NCBI GenBank assembly: GCA_001761425.1 | Contig: CP012986.1 | Location: 870,001-902,000 of the forward strand | Direction: 5' to 3' | Source of the DNA: Candidatus Saccharimonadota bacterium | GTDB taxonomy: Archaea > Nanohalarchaeota > Nanosalinia > Nanosalinales > Nanosalinaceae | DNA: 32,000 nt | Notes under the pieces: generated by a model | What the model saw: only the letters and a program-made list of their open reading frames with translations | What the model was told of the DNA's origin: nothing | Database searches by the model: none | Position numbers and translations under genes: made by a program | In this document: in pieces, positions 9,301 through 15,655 of the stretch | Layout of the letters: every line of letters starts with the position of its first letter | Numbering within the stretch: the stretch's first letter is position 1

Positions 9301-12300
9301 TATTTATGAAAGTATCACGATCCGAAAAGTTGATTTTATCTACATCTGCAGCACGAGGATCTGTCTCATCTATTGAAAGAGTTAATGATACATCTTCAAC
9401 ATCAACACGGCCTCCCATAACATTCCCTGTCAATGTTTTGGTATCTCCCGAGTTTGCTGTAACATCATCCAGTTCTACACTGTCCTGTTCCATATCGAGC
9501 TGTATATTAGCTCTATCTCTTACAGTAAAGTTGTATTCATCGCTTGTCCTTCTGTTGCCGTTTTCATCTACTGCCTCAAATCTTACTCCGTAGGTATGGT
9601 CGTTTGATGGAAGATCTCTTCCAAGTTTGTCAGGCTTGATCTCGTCCGAGAAGTCTCCTTGTGGCGATTGAATATTGAAGTCATCGTTTCCTACCCTGAT
9701 CTCCTTCTCTACATTATCTAGATACTTTGTTATAGTAATGTTCATCTGCTTGAGGCCTTCTGTGTTTGTCGTTCCTGCGTTGTCACTTACTGTTCCGTTT
9801 ATCGTGATATTGTTGCCGTTACCTGTTATTTCGGGAATTTCTATATTGCTGAAGGTAGGGGCAGGGTCTTTAACCGTTCCTTCAACAGGTATGTTAATTT
9901 GCTGGGGGCTACATTCAGATGGGGCTGTACATTCTATGGAGATGTTAGCTGAGTAATTACTGGGGATGTCTGTTGCGTACTCTGTAGTATAACCTACGGT
10001 GGCTGGAGGAGAACTTATCTGGTATTCATAGTCTGAGAAGGAGTCGATCGTGGATGAGTAAGATTCAGATCCGTGATCTGGGACTTTGGATTCGTTACTG
10101 AAAAACAGGTTATCATCATCACCCTGTGAAATCTGGCTTTCTACATCCCAGGAAAGTTCACGGTTACCGGTGTTTTCCAGTGTCAGTTCAAATAGGTCTT
10201 CTCTTGAATCAAGTTCAAGTGTCCCTAGTTTTACAGGGTTCGAGGCATTGATCTCGTCTGGTATTTGCACCTCTTCATCCAGAGCCCTCAGATCAGGATC
10301 CCATTTGGGCGAGTCCTTTACTTCGACGGTGATGTTTGCTGAGTTTGTCTCGTCCGCATCGTCAGAGTAAGACTTCAAAAGCGTGGAATAATTGCCTGGA
10401 GGAGTACCTTCTGGTATCTGACCGTTCATCTCGAAGATGCTTACGGTATCTCCGGTACCTCTGTCGTATCCGCCATCTTTAGCCCTGAAGAATCCATCAA
10501 TCCATGATTTGTTAAATCTGTCGCTGCTAACAGTCCATCCAATCCCTGTAGCAGTTCCTGTACCCTCGTTCTCTATCGTGAGGTTTGCGGCTCCGTCTGG
10601 CGATATGAAGTTTCCTGAAAAACCATCTTCATATGTCAGCGAAAGATTCTGCTGGAACAGAGGAAGCTTGCTGAGTGTCACAGAAAGTGTCACAGGATCA
10701 GAACTTCTCTTATTGAAGCCTCCCGAGGTATTAAATTCTGTGGAAATATTCAAGTTATAATCTGCCTGTGTAGAGGCCTCTGAAACATCTATTACGGCAT
10801 CGACCTCTCTTGTTTCCCCGGCGCTGATGTTGTAGTACTGTTTTACTGTCCTCCAGTCTCTTCCCCCTCTGTCTTCCAGTATCTTATCGGTTTCGTTGGC
10901 TTTCGGAAGCTCTTCTCCAAACACTTTCAGGCCTCTGACTTCCGTGTTTCCTGTGTTGGTGACATTTATCGGAACGGTTTTGTTCAATCCGTTGTTAAGG
11001 GTGACTCCCTGTACTGGAATATCATTTTGAGGGACTGAAACCTCGATATCTGTGGAGTCCTCTACCTCTACCACAGTTGTGTTTCTTGCTCTGATACCGT
11101 CTTCATCTGTGGAGTTTATGTTTACTTCGAAGCTGCCCGTGTTTTCAGGGGCGTTGAGACTTGTACTGTAGAATCCGGATTCGTCAGTTGAAACTAGATC
11201 GGTTTCACCTGTCTCTTCCAGTTTGACCTCTACAGATGCATTTACTCTCTCATCAGATAGGCTCTGTCTTACAGTGCCGTTGAGTTCAAACTCTCTTCCG
11301 AGGCCTACTGTTTGATCGCTCTTGATTGCTGATACTGAGCCGTTGGTGACCTGTAGTTTTAGTTCCGGAGAGTTAAGCTCTCTTAGGCCTTGAGAATCTT
11401 TTGCGTTTAATTCGAAACTGTATTCTCCTTCAGCATCGTAGATCTCGGAGATGTTTTCCTGTAATTTCCAGACTTCCTGTTTGTTCAGGTCTCTTTCATA
11501 GGTGTTTCCTTCCGGTGTCTGGATGTAGGCCCACATTCTTTCTATAGGATTTCCGTGTGATTCCAGAGTGGTGTTTATCTGGAACCTGTCCTCTGGATCA
11601 ACTGTTTTATCGCCGTTAGCGAGGTCTGTGATGTTGGAGGATGAGAATTTCAGGCTGGTAGTGACTGAGGTTTCGTTCAGGCCTTGAATTCCGTTGTTGT
11701 TGGTTACAAAGTATTCTATGTTTGATTCTCCGGAGAAGTCTGGTGCTGTGAAGGTTGTCTCAAAGGTTCCGTTTTCATCGACGGGTACTTCAGGTTCCGT
11801 GTTTTCTACGAGTACTTCTGTGTAGTTTATCTTTGCGTTGAATTTGCCGTTTTCTGTCTGGAAACTTGCTTTATTGGTTCCTGTACTGAGATTATCTAGC
11901 TTTTTGGTCTGGCTGTTTCCAGGAGTTATTCTTCCGGAGTAGTTGGCTTCCTGTTCGCCGTCTCCGTCTATATCGAGGCCTGGATCTTCAGTTGCGTATC
12001 TTCTTACCAGCCTCAGTTTTTCAATTATCGGTGCATCGGTGACATTGCTTTCCATCTGTACATTGAGGCGGAAGTCTTGGCTGTCCAGCATTGAGCCTGT
12101 GATTTCATATCTTGTCTGATCTTCGTCAAGCGGTATAGGATCTGAGTCTCCGCCTTCCGAGCTGATAACTTTTACCTCTGCACTCTGGTTCATGGTATCG
12201 GTTTCTGCCTCCAGGACGAGAGATTCTGTTCTTACCGTTTCAGAAAATGATTTGAGGCCTGTGGTCAGTTCCTGCTGCTCGTTTTTATCTCCTGCCCGGT

Positions 12301-15133
12301 TTCTCAGATTGAAGGGGTTAGCGGTCCTGCCGTAGATCCTTAGCTCGTCTATATCTCCTCTGAATCCGTTTCCTCCTATATCTGGTCTGTAGCCTATGTA
12401 GGCGTTGCCTGTGGTCAGATCTGGATCAGCTCCCAGAGTTATCTGATTGAAGTCTCCTCCCTGTCCCGTCGAAATCTCAAGGCTTCCATCCACAGAGTCG
12501 TACACCAATGTCACCATGTTCCATTTTCCGACATCTATGTTTCCGCTGTCGGTGCTAACATTACTGGTTGTACCGGAGATGTTGGTTTCAGCATAGACAT
12601 TTCCTCCTTCAACGATCTGGACAGTCAAACTATCTTCAACTGCTAAGATAGTGTAGGGATCTCCGCTACCTGACCCGAGGTGACCTGAGGAAGAAGGCAG
12701 AGAATGAGGCCTGACCCATGCATTGATACTGAAGCTTCCTGTAGATGAAAAGATAGGTGAGGAGGATTTGAAGCCGTCAGTTCCGGAAAATCCTATGGAA
12801 TCGGTGTTTAATATTCCTTCCTGTCCTAGCTGCGGAGAACCAACCGTTTGAAGACCTTGATCCCCGGCAGAGTCCGAGAGCGGTCCTGAAGAATCGTCCA
12901 TTGCATAATAATGATTCAGATTCGAGCTGTTTTCTTTAAGATCGGAATTTGGGTATCCTAGTGAAAGTGTTCTGTTAGTGACATCGCTGTCTCTTTTGTT
13001 CGAGTGATCTGTGCCTGTCCTGCTCTGGAATGCGTCCCAGTCAGTAGCATTGCTCCAGATTGATTGCTCGTCAACTCCTGAGTACTGTCCATAGAAAGTT
13101 ACTTCTGCGTTTTGAGGAGTCTGCGACCCGTTTACAGGTATATTTGCCTGGTCGCCGGTTCCGATGTTTTCCAGATTTATGCTTTCATTTATCCTGTTTT
13201 TTCCTTTCACGACATCCTCGTAGAGCAGGCTGATGTTTCCTGTATAGTCCTGGATAGATCTTCCTCCGTTGCCGTCACCGGTTATTATACTTACATTACC
13301 TGTAACATTGAATGTATCTCCTGGCTCGACTTTTTCCCTGTGACCGGGCTCTACCTCTATGTCTCTCACTTTGAAGCTGGATTCCTCTAGTTCTGTGTCC
13401 TCAAAGTTCGATGCATAGTCACTGGCTCCGTAATCCGCTTTGTAAAGGCCGTACTGTCCCTCCAAGAATTCCTGGACAGGCCTTGAACTACTCCATTTGA
13501 TCTTCGGATCCTTCCTAGCCTTTAGATCGATACGGGAGAGTACAGGTGATCTGGAGGCATTTGATGTCTGGAAACTCAGGTTCAGTCTGAAAGTATCTGA
13601 ATTGTTTTCAAGGCCTGAAACAGACCTGATCTGCGACCCCTGACTTAGATTTATTTCTTCGGACAACTCTTCAAACATGCCGTCCGAGTCCGGGTCGCTC
13701 TCGACCCTGACCTGTATTTCCTCTTGGTTAAGGCTTCCTTCAAAGTTCAGGAGCTTCAGTATATCTCTGATTTCTTTCTCTGTATTCAGTGTATCGGTCT
13801 GTATACTTCCCTGTCTTTTACTTAGCCTTTCAATCCTCTCCTCGGGTAATGAATGGTTGTAAATCCTCAGGTTGTCCATCTTTCCGTAGAAGGCCCTGCC
13901 TATGAATGTACCGGAGTCTCCTATCACCGGGTTTCTCTGGAACTGTGGTAAACCAAAGCTGTAAGTGCTTGATCCTGATCTTTCCCCGTCAACATAAATC
14001 GCCAGGTGGGTGCCGTTGTACATGCCTGTCAGGTGATGCCATTCACCGTCGTCTACAGATCTTGATCCACTCAGAATGACTCCATTCCCGCCGTTCTGGA
14101 CTTCCAAGACCGGCACTCCCTCTTCTACTCTTAATTCAGGATTAATGTTATCTCCGCCATTGGAAGCTCTGGAGTATACTGCGCCGTTCTCTGATGTCTT
14201 GATCCATGTTGAGACTGTGAAATTGGAATTGAGGTTGAGTGCCGAGGAGTCCTCTATTTCAAGTGAGCCTCCGCCTAGTTCAGTTCCGTTGGTGGAGAAA
14301 ACCCCTCCTGTGTTCCTGTTTACTGAGCCTGAGACTGTCGCATTATTCCCTTGACCTGATAAATCTCTTACAGGGCCGGATTCCCGTTCCATCGGCATAT
14401 CAAGCACTAGATCATCGGATGGGTTTTCCTGAGGCCCTATCCTCAGTTTCTCTGCGGTGATTCCTCTCTGAAGATCAGCATGAGTTAGATGTGATGTTTT
14501 TCCAGAGTCCCAGTCGGCTTCCTTCTCTAGTTTATCACCCAATACATTCTCAGCACTGAGATTTAATCTTTTCCTGGAACCGTCAGGAAGCGTAATATTT
14601 GCATAGACATTTTTCACAAAGTTCAGGCTCTTCCTTGTCTCCACTGAAAAGTCTACATCTTGTCCAGGATCCACAAAACTGGTTTTCTCCAGTCCTGTGT
14701 CCTGATAACGCCTTTTCTTGGGAGAAACAGAAGAGCTGTTATCAACTCTTATTCTTGTCTTCAGGTTCTCTGTTCTCAACCTCGAGATACCCTCATCGTT
14801 GACTGAGAAGATTCTTACCTCTCTATCCCCGGCGTTCAGAGGCGAGGTAAAGTTTCCGATCACAAAGCCTCCCGAAGAATTAGTTACCCCGCTCCTGGCC
14901 TCTAACTGTCCGTCAGAGCCCCTGTACCTGATTTCTATTCTTTCATCTGTATAGTTTACCTTCTTCACTCCTCCTGAACCATCCTGAATGTACTTCTTCA
15001 CTGAGCCCTGAACTGTAAAGTTCTCGTCCGGATCAACTCTTTTCGGATATGACTGGCTGAGGTTATATCTAAGGCCTCTTATCGATATATTAAAGGCCTC
15101 TGTGCTTTCCTTTCCGTTAAGGGTTGTATTCAC
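5186..15133 (-). CDS. giant surface (adhesin-like) protein with C-terminal TM helix and cytoplasmic HerA/DUF87-type ATPase; probably the 3' part of a larger gene
   Basis: 3315-aa uninterrupted ORF (GTG at 15133; frame open upstream to 15652). The extracellular part has repeated beta-sandwich-like units, two LamG/ConA-like lectin modules, CARDB-like V.NTGN units and very dense N-x-S/T sequons. A single TM helix (YWLLSIFILIILSSAGGYYYY) is followed by RKKKIEEKKKR. The cytoplasmic part has P-loop ATPase motifs GATGAGKT, VLDPTGQWSGY, LIVYDEAH and FRKWGIGMLLISQ. Confidence 0.9.
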   Translation of the reverse strand: MNTTLNGKESTEAFNISIRGLRYNLSQSYPKRVDPDENFTVQGSVKKYIQDGSGGVKKVNYTDERIEIRYRGSDGQLEARSGVTNSSGGFVIGNFTSPLNAGDREVRIFSVNDEGISRLRTENLKTRIRVDNSSSVSPKKRRYQDTGLEKTSFVDPGQDVDFSVETRKSLNFVKNVYANITLPDGSRKRLNLSAENVLGDKLEKEADWDSGKTSHLTHADLQRGITAEKLRIGPQENPSDDLVLDMPMERESGPVRDLSGQGNNATVSGSVNRNTGGVFSTNGTELGGGSLEIEDSSALNLNSNFTVSTWIKTSENGAVYSRASNGGDNINPELRVEEGVPVLEVQNGGNGVILSGSRSVDDGEWHHLTGMYNGTHLAIYVDGERSGSSTYSFGLPQFQRNPVIGDSGTFIGRAFYGKMDNLRIYNHSLPEERIERLSKRQGSIQTDTLNTEKEIRDILKLLNFEGSLNQEEIQVRVESDPDSDGMFEELSEEINLSQGSQIRSVSGLENNSDTFRLNLSFQTSNASRSPVLSRIDLKARKDPKIKWSSSRPVQEFLEGQYGLYKADYGASDYASNFEDTELEESSFKVRDIEVEPGHREKVEPGDTFNVTGNVSIITGDGNGGRSIQDYTGNISLLYEDVVKGKNRINESINLENIGTGDQANIPVNGSQTPQNAEVTFYGQYSGVDEQSIWSNATDWDAFQSRTGTDHSNKRDSDVTNRTLSLGYPNSDLKENSSNLNHYYAMDDSSGPLSDSAGDQGLQTVGSPQLGQEGILNTDSIGFSGTDGFKSSSPIFSSTGSFSINAWVRPHSLPSSSGHLGSGSGDPYTILAVEDSLTVQIVEGGNVYAETNISGTTSNVSTDSGNIDVGKWNMVTLVYDSVDGSLEISTGQGGDFNQITLGADPDLTTGNAYIGYRPDIGGNGFRGDIDELRIYGRTANPFNLRNRAGDKNEQQELTTGLKSFSETVRTESLVLEAETDTMNQSAEVKVISSEGGDSDPIPLDEDQTRYEITGSMLDSQDFRLNVQMESNVTDAPIIEKLRLVRRYATEDPGLDIDGDGEQEANYSGRITPGNSQTKKLDNLSTGTNKASFQTENGKFNAKINYTEVLVENTEPEVPVDENGTFETTFTAPDFSGESNIEYFVTNNNGIQGLNETSVTTSLKFSSSNITDLANGDKTVDPEDRFQINTTLESHGNPIERMWAYIQTPEGNTYERDLNKQEVWKLQENISEIYDAEGEYSFELNAKDSQGLRELNSPELKLQVTNGSVSAIKSDQTVGLGREFELNGTVRQSLSDERVNASVEVKLEETGETDLVSTDESGFYSTSLNAPENTGSFEVNINSTDEDGIRARNTTVVEVEDSTDIEVSVPQNDIPVQGVTLNNGLNKTVPINVTNTGNTEVRGLKVFGEELPKANETDKILEDRGGRDWRTVKQYYNISAGETREVDAVIDVSEASTQADYNLNISTEFNTSGGFNKRSSDPVTLSVTLSKLPLFQQNLSLTYEDGFSGNFISPDGAANLTIENEGTGTATGIGWTVSSDRFNKSWIDGFFRAKDGGYDRGTGDTVSIFEMNGQIPEGTPPGNYSTLLKSYSDDADETNSANITVEVKDSPKWDPDLRALDEEVQIPDEINASNPVKLGTLELDSREDLFELTLENTGNRELSWDVESQISQGDDDNLFFSNESKVPDHGSESYSSTIDSFSDYEYQISSPPATVGYTTEYATDIPSNYSANISIECTAPSECSPQQINIPVEGTVKDPAPTFSNIEIPEITGNGNNITINGTVSDNAGTTNTEGLKQMNITITKYLDNVEKEIRVGNDDFNIQSPQGDFSDEIKPDKLGRDLPSNDHTYGVRFEAVDENGNRRTSDEYNFTVRDRANIQLDMEQDSVELDDVTANSGDTKTLTGNVMGGRVDVEDVSLTLSIDETDPRAADVDKINFSDRDTFINIGDVSARENKTFDAEIVAAANTEFIPDYFASITPAWNNPDGSSVSGTENTLTASATANIKMNVTGAQTVNIPHGSTENGSLTVKSAGNTRLEDIQFECIGCDSELGITGFSQTGFDLDSGESKTVNYEMSAAEYLQPTTEEIQIKAISERTNKQLNGTTVVVPEQRSVEIEPENDSQTIPANQGNLNITTFSVKNTGNVPLEPLAIDNPRDFEFYLGEDSTDPFEKNIEPGETKNIQVRSDTDQIDPKGTEPYNFSIDPSSSTELDQHNIANMTLFVQDIRFNNTYQNRKQDLVAGDTIKARFNLTRSDQTIGQGNEVDIKLEASGKTLDIPENYNPSTKMWETEFQSPDIKDGIKHTFIYSSTSTEFRSSIEEKTEVSYADVTPPEFVNLTAEPVTENENSSIEVTLKDESQITGEQVTANIITPGQNSVQLELTPNDTTPLSEQESRTWKGEFAQTQEEGLYNVSFESTDVEDNTGQSGSEYFRVFRPLNVEGEAGEPSNQTEIRLVDEGGEVSDSVEPVNNSYNQTIKSGNYSRAEIVVDDDKVANVDSVTGEMINSSPPKFDAEISDDLVNVEQEYLSGFGVISDSFENISGSLSFDYSELKNSIDYQGNLQVLKCEQYNLSKAESCQSSYEAVAGDQTFIDVNSENLYVNNISGFSSYILVEDESSSTDNNLNVNLTGEIGDLSELSDLSDLDSLLEDIASNTEGSNTDSGTGGNFEPPFGGNTDSSNDDSLDEIADQLNESQDDLAIGNSEVTVSLQPGERKSTAISLQNPRDETVEIQLEKTDNIAELVSLENNITMEPGEFRTVRISVNASNNSRLKKFSGFIQIKGPNNERSVPINIDIVSAENRLLDVTIEPTVESFQPGEQARIKISFSNQGFSRAVDAETKIEIVDITDNEVIAKKTQTFAVQTTIDRIISMNIPEDAELGTYEARASVEYSNIPGNRSATAVGQVDLQKPLLDRQTVGIQNRYWLLSIFILIILSSAGGYYYYRKKKIEEKKKRFDEQVDNAELPDETGRTAFVGQLSEIGKRAFLNLEDLKTHCLAAGATGAGKTVAAEVIAEEALEKGVNVIVLDPTGQWSGYLEENEDQQMEAFFGDFGMSESDTRDYTGNIRAVEADQDTVDITDVLRSGEDEGSIHVFSMHKLDNEELEKYLSDTIKQIFEYNPEETDQLQTLIVYDEAHRVLEKFGGTGEGVKQLERGAREFRKWGIGMLLISQVIGDFPEEVRANIGTQVQMRTEYEGDLDRIQRKYGDHISQGVTKSNTGTGMIQNSSYNHGRPYFVDFRPLKHSPEKISDDKLEKFEDYNRRIDKIEDMIDVLDDMGEDVFDYRSRLNLAKKNLRKMSFNLVDTYLEELNNELEDEIDM
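6314..6376 (-). other. single transmembrane helix separating the extracellular and cytoplasmic parts of the giant protein
   Basis: Codons for YWLLSIFILIILSSAGGYYYY, followed on the C-terminal side by RKKKIEEKKKR (positive-inside rule). Confidence 0.8.
12311..12915 (-). other. LamG/concanavalin-A-like lectin module 2 of the giant protein
   Basis: FSINAWVRP...GKWNMVTLVYDSVDGSLEI...NAYIGYRP...FRGDIDELRIYGRTANPF. The W/hydrophobic core and the D-E-L-R-I-Y ending are typical of Laminin_G_3-type domains. Confidence 0.65.
13838..14416 (-). other. LamG/concanavalin-A-like lectin module 1 of the giant protein
   Basis: NFTVSTWIKTS...DDGEWHHLTGMYNGTHLAIYVDGERS...FIGRAFYGKMDNLRIYNHSLPEERI, the same pattern as module 2. 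Confidence 0.65.
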
Positions 15134-15655
15134 TCTCAGGGTCTGGTTGCCTAGACTGTCTGTTGACTGTATCTTCGGAACCTCAAGAGTCAGGTTAAAG
15201 TATCCGTTACCGGATTCAGGTGTGACAGGTGAGTTTTCAGCTTCAGTTCCGTTGAAAAATACATTTACAGGGTTGTATGTCGAACCGTTCAGAGTTATCT
15301 TCTGTCCAGGGTTGACTATGGAGTCGTTTACTCCTGTCCAGCCCAGGGATCTGTTGTTTATATTGTATATATCATTGTCTTGCGGTGAGTCATCTATCCC
15401 TTCTTCGTTCTGAGTATTTAAGGTAAACCGCTTCAGGCCTACTGTAGGGTTTATCTGCTGGAAGAATGAGTATCCTCCTGAACTGTTAGTTACGACCTGG
15501 TTGGTATTCAGGTTCTGGCTTTGATTGAAGTAATTGAGCTCGATGCTCTGGTTATCATAGGGTAGACGGTTTGATCCTCTTGATCCGTCGTCCTCTTTAT
15601 GAGATAGCTGGAGTTCGAGAAAGATAGATCTTCGCCGGGTTTGAGAAGGAAATCA
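15134..15655 (-). other. in-frame upstream extension of the giant ORF and frame-change junction with the 766-aa ORF
   Basis: The 5186-15133 frame stays open for 173 codons upstream of its GTG, to a stop at 15653-15655. It encodes another copy of the repeat unit found in 15508-17808. The two frames overlap in 15511-15652, and the best junction is near 15614-15625. Confidence 0.7.

Noticed and set aside
5397-14954. About 25 ORFs of 60-164 aa overlapping the giant gene, on the plus strand or in other minus-strand frames (e.g. 5397-5663, 5970-6317, 6582-7076, 9237-9593, 10437-10760, 14076-14354)
   Set aside because: They are Ser/Leu/Phe/Pro-rich low-complexity shadows of a 3315-codon ORF that has clear domain motifs. 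None has a recognisable motif or independent start context.
15102-15413. 103-aa plus-strand ORF filling the apparent gap between the two big ORFs
   Set aside because: The minus strand here is open in the giant-gene frame and encodes another copy of the surface-protein repeat. The plus-strand product has no features.
15600-15640. Programmed -1 ribosomal frameshift as the explanation of the frame change
   Set aside because: There is no canonical X-XXY-YYZ slippery heptamer and no obvious downstream pseudoknot by eye, only a UUUC that could allow P-site slippage. A sequencing error or a genuine mutation is simpler. This possibility is kept inside the frameshift finding.
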